Below, piece after piece: positions 34,249 through 46,090 of a stretch of 64,000 nt of DNA. The stretch comes from Alloascoidea hylecoeti (Eukaryota), in contig BCKZ01000011.1 of the NCBI GenBank assembly GCA_001600815.1, positions 289,622 through 353,621 on the forward strand, in the 5' to 3' direction. A program made the position numbers and the translations under genes. Each line of letters starts with the position of its first letter. Within the stretch, counting starts at the first letter, position 1. Under the pieces are notes generated by a model. The model was not told the DNA's origin. It saw only the letters and a program-made list of their open reading frames with translations, and did no database searches.

Positions 34249-35178
34249 TTAAAAATTAGAACTTGCATTTAATTGTCCTTGTTTATGATATTGATCTAAA
34301 TTGGCTCTAAACACATCACTTCCATCATCCTCATTGATACTCTTATCATAATTTAAGAAATCAACATCATTTTTCTTAGCCTTCATTTTCTTATGTCTTG
34401 TATATAATACAAAAGCAGCGACTATTAGTAATAATGGAATTCCTAAACCAAGTGTGATTCCAAGGATTATGGATCTTGTATGGGTTGAAACACCACCGCT
34501 ACTTGCTGTACTTGATGAGGTTGCAGTTGCGGTTACGGTTTCACCTTTTGCAGCAGTTGCTTTACTAGTACTTGAGGAAACTAATGTTTTTGTGACTTCG
34601 TAATAAATGGTAGAACCACCTTCATTTGTTGAGGCAGAAGATAACACAGTTTCGATTGTAGTCTTGTGGATGGAAACCGAGGCGGAGGTAGCAGAAGAAT
34701 CGCTGTTATCATCGTTCTCTGCGGCGGAGGAGTCCGAAGATCCGGCAGTAGTAGCCACAGCTTCATCGGTTGTCGCGGCCTCTGTTACGGTAGGACTTGC
34801 GGTAGTTTTCTGAGATGTTTTAGTGGGGGATTGTGTAGTCTGTTCGGCTGGGGAAGAAGTGGTGGGTGAAGTCGCAGCAGATGTTGTAGCAGCCGCAGTG
34901 GTAGCTGCGGTGGTTGTCTGTGCAGCAGATGTGGTGGCACTGGCCTTTGCAGAGGTAGCTTTCTCAGAAGTGGCCTGTTCAGTGTTGGCAGCGGTGGTGG
35001 CGACTTCAGTGACAGCTTCCGTGGCTCCAGTGGCTCCAGTGGCCGCGGCCGTAGTTGCGACTTCTGTGGCTTGTTCAGTGTTGGCAGCGGAATCTGTGCT
35101 GGCGGCGAGAATAGGGGCGGCGAGAGCGAGCGTGAGGGCGAGGCCCAGCACCCACCTGTGGAAATTTTCGATTTTCAT
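34249..35178 (-). CDS. Ser/Thr/Ala-rich single-pass cell-surface protein (Mid2-like sensor)
   Basis: Signal peptide (WVLGLALTLALAAPILA), S/T/A-rich ectodomain, TM IILGITLGLGIPLLLIVAAFVLY, basic stop-transfer and short tail FRANLDQYH...ASSNF. Confidence 0.8.
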   Translation of the reverse strand: MKIENFHRWVLGLALTLALAAPILAASTDSAANTEQATEVATTAAATGATGATEAVTEVATTAANTEQATSEKATSAKASATTSAAQTTTAATTAAATTSAATSPTTSSPAEQTTQSPTKTSQKTTASPTVTEAATTDEAVATTAGSSDSSAAENDDNSDSSATSASVSIHKTTIETVLSSASTNEGGSTIYYEVTKTLVSSSTSKATAAKGETVTATATSSSTASSGGVSTHTRSIILGITLGLGIPLLLIVAAFVLYTRHKKMKAKKNDVDFLNYDKSINEDDGSDVFRANLDQYHKQGQLNASSNF

Positions 35179-35301
35179 TGCAATTGCAGAGCGAAAGAAA
35201 AGTTAACAAAATGTCATTTCGGGGGAGGTTTATATGGGAGTTACCCGGCCTCGCGACAGCTGCGCCTTCAACAAACAAAAGAAACCACTTTATGCTGATT
35301 A

Positions 35302-36207
35302 ATGGACTCATTATCTTCTTTATATCCTCCTCCGCCTCCTTACATTAAGTTCTTCACCGATGAGAATCTCCAAAAGCTGAAAGAGTGGAAAGAACACACT
35401 TCAGGGCTCGATGGTGCTGAAAATGTTGAGCTGGACCCAAAAGATGAGCTGAATTTCCTAATACCTCCACCTTTACCTGCTGGAAACACATATAGATCTT
35501 TTGGAAATCTATGGCAAATAAATGATAAAATTCCAAAATTAAAAGATATGGGTGTAACTCAATTATACCCTTCATCCGATTCAATTTCTCAAGATGTAAC
35601 TAATGAAGATCCTATTACACATGAATCAACAACAACAACAACAATAACAACTACTGATCCGGCTAAAATTGATCCTAAAACCAATCCTGAACCCGGTGAA
35701 GAATTATCATCATTTGAAAGAATTCAGCAATTAAATAAACTTTTAAAATCTTTATTATTAAATTTTTTAGAATTAATTGGAATAATGGGAGTTTCACCTG
35801 AACAATTTCCAAATAAATTAGAAAATATTCATACAATATTATTAAATTTCCATCATTTATTAAATGAATATAGACCACATCAATCAAGAGAATCTTTAAT
35901 ATTATTATTAACAAAACAAATTGAATCTAAAAAAGTTGAGATACTTAAAATTAATGATTGTTGTGAAGAAGTTAAAGAAAGGATATCCAAATTAACTGAT
36001 TCTTTTGAAACAATAACTAATGAATTAGAAATTGATGATGATGATGATGTTAAAATGGAAGATTCAATTAAAGGAGATAAAGAAAATGAATTACAAGTAC
36101 ATAAAAATGATAATGATAATGCTATTAATTTAAGGAAAAGATTAAAAGATATGAAAATAAAAGAAAAAATTGTTTGGGAATTACTAGAAGAAGAATTAAA
36201 TAAATAA
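35302..36207 (+). CDS. MED7: Mediator subunit 7
   Basis: LSSLYPPPPPYIKFFT, YRSFG, LKSLLLNFLEL, HHLLNEYRPHQSRESLI. Confidence 0.95.
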   Translation: MDSLSSLYPPPPPYIKFFTDENLQKLKEWKEHTSGLDGAENVELDPKDELNFLIPPPLPAGNTYRSFGNLWQINDKIPKLKDMGVTQLYPSSDSISQDVTNEDPITHESTTTTTITTTDPAKIDPKTNPEPGEELSSFERIQQLNKLLKSLLLNFLELIGIMGVSPEQFPNKLENIHTILLNFHHLLNEYRPHQSRESLILLLTKQIESKKVEILKINDCCEEVKERISKLTDSFETITNELEIDDDDDVKMEDSIKGDKENELQVHKNDNDNAINLRKRLKDMKIKEKIVWELLEEELNK

Positions 36208-38985
36208 CTCCAAAAACAAAATTAAAATGTATATTAGATTGGCATATATGTATTTCCTTAAGTTTTAATGTTAACTAGTTATATATAACTATGATTAGTG
36301 TAATAATTTCAATTTACTCTATAAACCAATTGCAATTACAAGATTATTTGTGATTTGCTTCATCAACGCTTTTTCTTTTCACAAAATTTTATTTTATTAT
36401 TAATCAGACGTTACCTAAATAAATATTTACACTACAAATATGAATATGAAAAGCATGATCTCTTTTTTACTAAGTTGTAAATATGAATTTAACTAATTCT
36501 TTGACTACTAGATTTTCAGATCCACTATCATCGATAATCAATTTAGGCAAGTTATATCTCGAAATCCATTCAAATAATTAACAAAAGTACATGCCATAAT
36601 TTTGATGAACACTTAAGACTTAATAAGTGAATTTAAGTTGAAATATAAGAATTATTTAACAGATCTATGAATAATAAATCGAGTTTTCTATCTTTATTAA
36701 ACAATGTAAAAGAACATGTACATTTTAATCTATGCTCGTTTACGAACGATACAACACTATAGAAAAAGAATATATAAACTTCTTAACTTATACATTTCCT
36801 TAACTTCTTATTCCTAACTTCAATTCTGAAAAATCTACCTGGTATTATTATTTTTTTTTTCTATCAATACGATGGCCATTAATATTGACAGATTACATTA
36901 ATTTCAGGATCTTATCAATTGGAGAAGATGAACATTAGGAAGAACCTCGATTACCTATACATGTACAGTGTGACCGTTCACACACGATTCACAGTCATTC
37001 TTACATCTCACCGTATTAAAATCTGTCGGTTTGGTTATGAGTTCCCCTTTCCGATCAATAACATTCTGTTCATATACACGACCAATTGATTATGAAGTTC
37101 GTTGACCTCATTCCATAATAGTAATTGTCGGTGATGTGACATCCAAAGTGATATCATTTATTTCATATTCATATAATATGAACAATAATCAGCAATGCGA
37201 ATTTCAGCAGTATCTGACAACCCGATTGCATTTACAAATTCAACAACAGAATAATCCGTTGATATGTAATTAAATAAGAACTCCATCATTCGAGTTTTGT
37301 TCAATCCTAGACCCCATTGGCTGATTATACTGCCTATAATTTTTCCTGAACTTGATTAAAAATTTGTTCAATACTGGTTTGAAAGTTTAGTTTTGAGGAA
37401 TTTGGTTTTGGGATTCTGATCTTTAGAGAGCGGTAAGATTCCTCCAAGTGGCTTCTGTCTCCCTTCTGTTAATGGTTACATCGGCTCTAGGCAATGGAAT
37501 GAACTCCTTCCGGAGACTCATCTTGATACAAGTGAACTTCCGATTGCTCGTCCTTCACCTTTACTTCAGCTTTAAGAGGTGTCGTCATGATTGTTGCTTT
37601 TATCAATGATATAAAAACAGTTAATAAAAGTATTTTGTAACCGTGTGTACAAACCCAGATTAGTTCAAAATCTTTCAGTATAAAAAGAATAATATGTATA
37701 AAGAAAATGTTTAATTGGAAACTCAAGTCTGTACGGAAAAAGTAACGATAATTGCAATGGCAGCTACTTTATGCTCATCTATACTAATAACACTAGTTTT
37801 TTCAGATTGCCTCAATAGTTTTAATCGTATTAGAAGAAAAGATCTTTTTAATGCTTTCATGATCTGTAATATTAGCTGATTAATAATAATTATATCCAGA
37901 ATACATATCAGAAAAGAGAAGAAGAATATTAGACTAGAATATTAATAGGTAATTATGTACGATTCTTACCTTTACGCTTTTAACAGCCAAGCAATATCTT
38001 AATCATATGGACTAAAAATAAAAAACTCTTCAAATGTCAAATAGTTGGTCCAAGGCTCCAAGTAGATATATTTGATAAAAAAAGCAAAATATTTTTACAT
38101 GTCTTTAGGGAATTACACAAACACCCCGATCCCTTATCATATAAGGCTGTTTTAATTTTCTAGATCTTTTTCTATTTTTACTCCACTATGTGATGCTGGG
38201 GAACCATGTGTTTTCGGTGCTGAATTTCTTCACATTAAACCTAAGTTGAAAATCCTCAAAAGAGATTGTCTTATGCTTATGAAGGTTTCACACTTAAACG
38301 TACCTCATGGATATCATTTACACTTTCAGGATCATTTTAATTTAGAAACCACCAGAGAAATAAATATAATAAATATTTTAGTTCCATCCAATACTCGGAT
38401 TATTCTTCTTTTCCGTGCAACTGACGGCATATATGAAACAAGTTTCAACAATAGTGAAATTCAGCGTTTGATCATTACTGCTTTCCACATAATTGATTAT
38501 TATCTATTAGTTCATGAAAAGGATATAAATATATCTAAAGATGTGTTTAATAGAGTTCTAAGTGCTTGTTTCTCTCAGTTACGCCAAAAAGTCAATCGAT
38601 CTCTTGTGAACTGTTAGAGTTGCCATATAATATAATGTTTGATCATTCAAATTCTAAAGAAGCTGGAGAGAAACTACTAGTATGCTTTCAAGGAAAACTC
38701 CAGATTACTATGAAATTTTTTAAATATAATCTCAATATATAAGCATATTTTGTATGTATTTGAATATATTGTGGTTTATCTTTATTCGTTATCACATATG
38801 ATTTTGATATCCCAATAATTACAAAATATCAATATATACAAGTACAAGTATACACTACCGGTATACTAATATTAATCATGTGTGAGATTTTTTACATACA
38901 TATATTGTTAGATATAAAGGATTATACAGATAATAACTTAGATATTAAAGAAGAATCATATATGCATAACCGATTAATATTAGTA

Positions 38986-40932
38986 TTATAAACTTCTTTT
39001 TTTTAAACAATACCACTTAACCTTTTCACATTTCGATGACTCATCTCGATCAAAACTGGTAAAAAGTTCTTCTTCTGTGGAACCATAAACATATGGTGAA
39101 TTCAAAGAATTATCTTTTGATTTTAATACAATATCAAGAGGAACATTTAAAGTAAAACGATAACTATTCGTCTCCGAATTGTTTAAAGAAAAAGAATTAT
39201 AATTTATTTTTGGTTCAGTTGAAGTAGTTTTACTATTATTATCGTAGGTGGTGCTGTAGTCCTGAAAGAATTTTGGTGTCATTGATTTTAGGCATTTTTC
39301 CATTAAGCCTAGATTCGGGACATCAACTGGTGTTTGAGATTTTAGTTCAATTCGGATTTCTAATTCATAAAATCTTGAAAAGTAACAACTTTGAAAATTT
39401 GGAACCAAATTAGAAGTGATTGAAGGTATTTTAATATTTATAGTTCGTTCATATCTGGTCACTAGACCTTCTTGATTATATTGTGGTGTCCATTGACGCC
39501 ATCTACCTTTACTAGTTGGCTTCTCACTAACTCTAATGGATCCAGCAACGGGGTCACATTTCTCATCAATAATACTCTTTAAAACATCCCGATTCTGATC
39601 AACTAGAGAGTATTCTCTTGAGTTCTTAAAAATTCTTAAAGTGTACATTGACAATCCTGCAATATTATGAATTTTTAAATATGGTTCCAACTCTGTAATA
39701 AGTGGTGGGGTGGACTGTGATACTCCATCAATTTTTGTTGGTGTATAGATGAACTTCAAAGGAAATGTAACATAATTACCTACAATTGGATTAATGATTG
39801 GCCGCTGAACTGATTTCGAGGTTACTGATTCCGGTAAATATAATATTGGATCAGGACGATTTGCAATCACTTTGATCGTTGAGATAATTTGATTTGAGCA
39901 AGATTCTTGCTTTTTTTCCATCCATTCAAAATGTTTAAAGTATAATAATTTTTCTGTTTTGGGGTCAATAGTATAAAATGTTTTTAACTTAATATCTTCA
40001 TTCGCCTGTTCATGGTTATGACTTACTAATGCATATTTATTAGTATCAAAAGATGGCTGAAAAAGGTGATAATGAGGAGAAACTGGAGCTCTATATGAAG
40101 GTATGATATTGAAGGTATGTGATCTCCTCAAATATATAGTTGATGGTATTTGTTGCTGTTCATATGAGGTGTGTTCTGGAGTTACTAAAGATCTATTCTC
40201 AGGCTTCTGTTCAATAATTACTCCAATAGAATAAACGATACTAACACCAAATGCACTATCAATTGAAATAATATCTGCTCTTAAATTTTTAGTGAAAATT
40301 GCTTCTTGACCTCTAGAGGTTCGACACAAAACGCCCATAACTTCTTCTCGGAGTTTGTATGGCGATTGCTCGGCGGTAATTGACAATGATCCTTGAAATT
40401 CCTCAGGCAAGGGATAAGAATAGGACTCTGTAAAGTCACGAGAATCATTATTGATATTAATAGACAAAAATGGAATTGGGAAGTTATCAGTAACACTTGG
40501 AGGCAGGCGCTTATGGAGCAAGTTATCTATACATTTTTCTTCTGACAGTTTTTTAGGAATGTCGAAGCTAAATGGTATAGTATACTTCTTACCAGCTAAA
40601 GCTATATTGTTTTTGGGACTTTCATCTGCATCTGGAAATTTATCATCTAAGTTGTGGAACATTGTACGATCGGGTCCGGGTGTTTTGCAGATAAGACCTT
40701 TTATCCCTAGTAAGAAATTATTATATTTAAAAGTAGCTTTGGGTATTAGGGTTACAAAACCTTTGATACTATCACCTGGAATATAGAATGGTTTTTTATT
40801 TTCTATACAAATGGTTAACTTTGTATTCATGGATTCCTGGGTTTCTTCGTCGTCCCATAGTAGCTTTGACCACCAAGAATTGATAGAATTTTCCGTTTCC
40901 GACTGTTCTTCGCTCTCAGTTATGCCATCCAT
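38986..40932 (-). CDS. Arrestin-fold / Bul1-like ubiquitin-ligase adaptor, divergent
   Basis: FYIPGDSIKGFVTL, YTIPFSFDIP...C...HKRLPPS and C-terminal LVPNFQSCYFSRFYEL, typical of fungal arrestin/Bul1-like proteins. Likely ATG is 40932 (ORF open to 41142). Confidence 0.7.
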   Translation of the reverse strand: MDGITESEEQSETENSINSWWSKLLWDDEETQESMNTKLTICIENKKPFYIPGDSIKGFVTLIPKATFKYNNFLLGIKGLICKTPGPDRTMFHNLDDKFPDADESPKNNIALAGKKYTIPFSFDIPKKLSEEKCIDNLLHKRLPPSVTDNFPIPFLSININNDSRDFTESYSYPLPEEFQGSLSITAEQSPYKLREEVMGVLCRTSRGQEAIFTKNLRADIISIDSAFGVSIVYSIGVIIEQKPENRSLVTPEHTSYEQQQIPSTIYLRRSHTFNIIPSYRAPVSPHYHLFQPSFDTNKYALVSHNHEQANEDIKLKTFYTIDPKTEKLLYFKHFEWMEKKQESCSNQIISTIKVIANRPDPILYLPESVTSKSVQRPIINPIVGNYVTFPLKFIYTPTKIDGVSQSTPPLITELEPYLKIHNIAGLSMYTLRIFKNSREYSLVDQNRDVLKSIIDEKCDPVAGSIRVSEKPTSKGRWRQWTPQYNQEGLVTRYERTINIKIPSITSNLVPNFQSCYFSRFYELEIRIELKSQTPVDVPNLGLMEKCLKSMTPKFFQDYSTTYDNNSKTTSTEPKINYNSFSLNNSETNSYRFTLNVPLDIVLKSKDNSLNSPYVYGSTEEELFTSFDRDESSKCEKVKWYCLKKRSL

Positions 40933-42442
40933 GATTAGATATTGTATAAATGTTGACAATTTTAAAAAAACAGTTGGGAAGTTGATACAAAAATATGTTA
41001 AGAAATATTTTATTTTATAGCAAGACTCCATTATAAATACTTGCTTGCATATAAGGTTGAGAGCAATATTAATGCATATGTAGAAACTCTTTTTCCTTGC
41101 CACTTCTGGAAATTGCAGCATTGAGATATTAGATATATGCAAATAGAATTAATTATAAACAAATAGGTGAAAAGCTATCATGCCTTCTTCTTCAAACAAT
41201 AAATTCTACTGATCTATAAATACATGTATAATGTTCAACATAAATTCAGTTTCCCGGAATCTAAATATTGATCCTGTGGTTACTGGACTATTATGATATA
41301 AATTTAATAATTTGATTTGCGTTAAAATCTTACCATTTAGTAGAGGGCACAATTGCAAATGCAATTGGTAATATATCTAATAGAGCTATTAAGTAGTCGA
41401 TATTTAGTTTGTTCACCAGAGAGGATGTATACCTAATACTTTTTCACACTTCGTAGAAATCCTGATTAAGTTAATCAAAAATTATTAAACCTCTTTATAT
41501 ATTCATAGTACACTCTTTTAGTGTATTCTCTTGTTATATATAGACTATATAATTCCGTCCACTGGAAACTTCTTCATTACCCAGGCTTTAATAGAAATGT
41601 TTTTTGAAAAAAAATCAGAAATAGGCTTCACACAGCTTCGGCTACATTATGTGCTAATATTCCGTCTTATGATGCACCAAATAACCTACGACACTAATGT
41701 TCGGCCACCCGTATATCGCGATCAATAGATTTCTACCATCACATTAATAATGTATGATTGAAAAATCTAAGATACAAACTAATAAATTATAATTTTCGAT
41801 ATATGTATAGTAATATCTATTTAAACTAGAAATATCTCTTTCTTCAGGGATTTAGAAATGAATTCGTTAACGTTGGCGGAAAGTATTGTATTATTGAACT
41901 TAGATTTCTTGTGTCACTTCCTAATTCCCAAACCATTCATTCTTTAATGGTGATCTTTCTGGTTGTTTTAGGTAATCTCATTGCTTAGATAGTATTTCGC
42001 ACCTATTTAATTTTCTTTAGAATTTCATACTTTCCTAATTATGTTCTTTTGTTTTATTAATTACTGGTACAACTATGGGATATTTAAGCTCGTTGCTAAA
42101 TCCTTTTGATTATCTTCCTCATTTCTAATCAACTACTTAATTAGATAATTAACCTCGTATTGGATCCACACTAGCTACGATCAATACTATATTAACTTTT
42201 ATACCTACAGTACATGGATGTTATATGGTATAAATTGAAACATAAATATTAGTGTCTTTATATACTTTTAATTCATAAGATTAGTATATCTAAATCTAGA
42301 TCTGATATAACATTTTAAATAAACAAGAAAATCAATCTGTGCGGTAGCGTAGAGTAAATTGTAAAAGAAAGCTATTTCTATTAACATTAAAACGTTTTGA
42401 AAAATAACAACATAATTATAAGAAAATTTTAGAAAAAAAAAA

Positions 42443-42533
42443 TTATTTTGAATTTGATTTGGTCGAAGGAAAACAAATAGAAATAAGACTGAGAATAATA
42501 CCCAAGATTCCACTTTCCTGTTCTTGTGATTGT

Positions 42534-42568
<35 letters not shown>

Positions 42569-43476
42569 TTGATTGTAATTTTGACCTTGTTGTTGTTGAT
42601 GATGTTGTTGGGGATAACTTGGTTGATTGAATTGTTGACCTTGTTGTTGCTCTTGTTGTTGCTCTTGTTGTTGCTGTTGTTCACCTTGAGGTAATTCAAC
42701 AACCAAAACACCAGCATTATCAGGATTTAAATGATATGATAATCCTAATTCATCACAAAGCTTTTCAATAGCAGGTCTTAATTTGGCAAGACCATTTTTA
42801 GAATGTATTCCTTTTCCAACAATAACATCTAATTTTGGTTGATTTCTTTGAATTCCTGATTCAATTCTTCTTTTTAAGAAAATTTCGGCCTCTATCATTT
42901 TCAGCAGAAGATTAGTTTGTGTATTTATTATTGATTAATATAGGAAATATATGATCATACCTTTAACATAAAGTCCATGTAAATCTATATCATCTGCATC
43001 ACTATCTGCATTGTTTTCTCTAAAAACATACTATTTCAAAATAGAAAGATTAGTATTGACAAGCTTGTTCTCCTTACCGACGCACTACGCCATCATTTTT
43101 TTCATTGTTTTACATACCTCAGCAGCCTTCATATTAAACTCATCCATCAATTTAGCTTCTTGTTTACTCTTTTCAGATAATTTTTTGGCTTCAGAATGAT
43201 CATTTGAATGATAAGCTTGTTGAGATTGTTGAGAAAATTGTTTTTTTTTTTTATAATGTTGTTCAGCTTCTGATCTTAATCTTTTATATTCATCATCACT
43301 AACATGATTATAATCAAATTCTAATTTAATTTAATAATTTATTGGTTAGTTAATATTTTTTCATTAAGATGTTTATAAATTCAAAGAAAAGATAGGGATT
43401 AAATATTTGGTTTCGTGGCCTATAACATACCAGGAACTCCTCTGTTTATGTCTCTGTCAACAGCAACAACACTCAT
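42443..43476 (-). CDS. DUF1771 + Smr-domain protein (YPL199C-like); complement(join(42443..42891,42961..43030,43118..43320,43431..43476))
   Basis: Spliced product YNHVSDDEYKRLRSEA...AAE|YVFRENNADSDADDIDLHGLYVK|EAEIFL...VIVGKGIHS...NAGVL, then poly-Q and a hydrophobic C-tail. Three GTATG..TAG introns are in frame. Confidence 0.9.
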
Positions 43477-44047
43477 TATTAATTTATTGGTATATTGATA
43501 ATATAAACAGTAATGTTTTTTTGGAAAAAATGAAGAGCAAAATGGTTAAAAAATGAGATTTTAAAAGAAAGTGTCGAGTACAGTTTCAGCGAATTTAAAA
43601 CTGAAATATAAATGGGATGGCTGTACACAACAGCACATTCATATGCACGAGACGGGAATAGGAAACTATAAAGCTAAGGTGTTACATTTGGATATTCATA
43701 ATATTAATTGGTATTAAATCTACAATTGATACAGAATATATAGTCAATTTAAAATATACAGCTCATATTAAATATGGAATACACAATTGAAATAGAATAT
43801 ACAATTGAAGTGGAATATATAATCATATAATACATATTACACAATTGATGCAAATAGAAACATAAAACTGTCAAAAAGAACACACCGCTTTCTATTATAA
43901 TTACAGAAAACCCAACGTTAATCATACATCAATTGCAATTACAATTACTACAGTATCATTTCTAAAAAATCATTTCGCTTAAATTCAGTTACATATAAGA
44001 TAACTTTTATACTTAATCAAAAAAAAGACGATCATTATGGCCATAAA

Positions 44048-44560
44048 CTAGTATCCACCTCTTCTATCGTTGTCACCACCATAACCACCTCTTCTGTCAT
44101 CATCACCGCCGTATCCACCTGGACCACCTCTTCTTTCATTATCGCCACCGAATCCACCTGGGCCACCTCTTCTGTCATCACCTCCATAACCACCTCTTCG
44201 GTCATCATCACCACCGAATCCACCTCTTCTGTCATCGTCACCACCACGGCCACCGCCAAAACCTCTAGCACCGTCATTATCATCATCACCATGATGTTTG
44301 ATCTTATTAACACCATGCTTAACACCTTCTTTGATATCATCATCAAAGTAACCGGCTGCAGCACCAGCAAGTGCACCAATAACACCACCAGCGGCTAAAC
44401 CTTCTTGTTTATGTCCAGTTTTTTGACCAATGAAGTTACCAGCAGCGGCACCAAGACCACCACCAGCAGCAGCACCTAATACAGCACCACCGATACCTCT
44501 TTCTTCAGAAAGATCTTTTCTTCCATAGTTATCATCGTCATCACGGCCGTAGTTACCCAT
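44048..44560 (-). CDS. Gly-rich ERG + glycine-zipper protein with (GGDDDRRGG[F/Y]) repeats, family copy B
   Basis: 170 aa; ERGIGGAVLGAAAGGGLGAAAG...GGVIGALAGAAAG; about 6 acidic RGG repeats; TATA-like element at about 44675. Confidence 0.8.
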   Translation of the reverse strand: MGNYGRDDDDNYGRKDLSEERGIGGAVLGAAAGGGLGAAAGNFIGQKTGHKQEGLAAGGVIGALAGAAAGYFDDDIKEGVKHGVNKIKHHGDDDNDGARGFGGGRGGDDDRRGGFGGDDDRRGGYGGDDRRGGPGGFGGDNERRGGPGGYGGDDDRRGGYGGDNDRRGGY

Positions 44561-45069
44561 TATTGGAGTTGTTTTTTATAAGTTTTTAATAAGAAAGTGC
44601 AAAATGTATAAGATCAATTACAATTGAAATTGAATGAAGAAACAGAAAAGGAGTGATAAAGAGTACTAGTGGTATTTATATACTTTATAACTGAAGAGTA
44701 TACCCACCAGGTCCTTTTTTTTCATGGTTTAACATGTAAGATTGATTACAGAATTTTACAGTTTACAGCTAGCGGGCTGCAAATCACTGCCCGGATAAAC
44801 CGAAACCGAAACCGGACTCGGAAACGCAATTGAAACCAAAATCTGGGGTTATAGCCTATAAATTACGTAATATAATCGAACATTGAAACTGGATTTCTCC
44901 AACATCCAATTGTATTTGAATTTGCATGTAAATAGTTGGAAGTGCATAATAGCAACTTTATTACATGTATCATTTATCATGTGCCATGTATCATTAATCA
45001 TTTACTCTGAACTCATCATACGAAATCATCACTTAATAATAAGTTAATATTTATTAGCTAATTGGATTT

Positions 45070-46090
45070 AGAAATCAGCTAACGTTGGAACTGAGAATAT
45101 ACTTGAAATTTTATTACAATTACTTCACTGAAGTTCGTTCTAATCGTAATCACATAATTGTAGTATAACGCATAATAACTTTAGGTTCATAATGATTACC
45201 AACGTCCTCCTTGACCTCCTTGACCTCCTGGACCACCTTGGCCTCCTGGACCTCCGTGTCCACCTTGACCACCTTGATGACCTCCTGGACCACCTTGACC
45301 ATGTCCACCTTGTCCTCCTGGACCACCACCTTGTCCACCAAATCCACCTTGGCCCCCATGACCTCCTTGACCTCCTTGACCTCCCGGACCACCCTGATGT
45401 CCACCTGGACCACCACCTTGAAATTGGTTGTTGTTACGGTCATTACCACCACGGAAAGAATCTGGACCACCACCCATTTTTAAATTTGTATGATTAATAT
45501 ATTGTATAATTAAAACAATTACTGAGAAAACATTGGGATGTTGGGTTCATTTATAGTCCTCTAGAAACATATTCCATATCCCTATTAATATGATCATACG
45601 CATTAATACATAATATAGTTAAAAGGCCATGGTATTAATTTCATTATCCTTTCCTTTCAATATTGAAATTGAAGTTAAAGAAGCTAAGCCACGGATTATT
45701 AAAGAATTTTTGACTCCAGAACTAAACTCCCTTTAAAAGGTTACAATTTGAATTTGTGTGTTTGATGATATCAATTGCAGATTCAATTCCTTTTAAAACA
45801 AATGGGTATAATATTATTGCAATTGATGACACTGTGATAATTATAGCCATAGAAAAATCTATATTAACAATTATTGTGGACTTTTTCTTACTTTTGAATT
45901 AAAGACGGTTCTTTTTATTTAATATATTCTTGTTCATGCACGTTGGATTTGAAAGTGATTGATGTATGGTTCTTAAGCTCACTAGGCTTCTTTTTAGAAT
46001 TCTACTCATCAATTGAACAGAACAAAAATGAATAAAATAAAACAAACCTTATTATTTGATCCTTAAATCAATTGTCAGAATCATTATTTA
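45070..46090. repeat. ~1 kb duplicated segment (gene C plus flanks), paralogous to ~48550-49690
   Basis: Shared blocks include AACGTTGGAA, ATACTTGAAATTTTATTAC, ATTTATAGTCCTC, AAGCTAAGCCACGGATTATTAAAGAA, CAATTGCAGAT and GTTGGATTTGAAAGTGATTGAT. Ends are approximate. Confidence 0.85.
45196..45477 (-). CDS. Small G/Q-repeat protein (zipper-less family copy C)
   Basis: 93 aa MGGGPDSFRGGNDRNNNQFQGG...(GGQGG)n...GGRW; N- and C-termini, promoter and 3' flank are homologous to copy A. Confidence 0.75.
   Translation of the reverse strand: MGGGPDSFRGGNDRNNNQFQGGGPGGHQGGPGGQGGQGGHGGQGGFGGQGGGPGGQGGHGQGGPGGHQGGQGGHGGPGGQGGPGGQGGQGGRW

Noticed and set aside
34581..35311. Several short ORFs overlapping the Mid2-like gene
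   Set aside because: Shadow ORFs due to local high GC.
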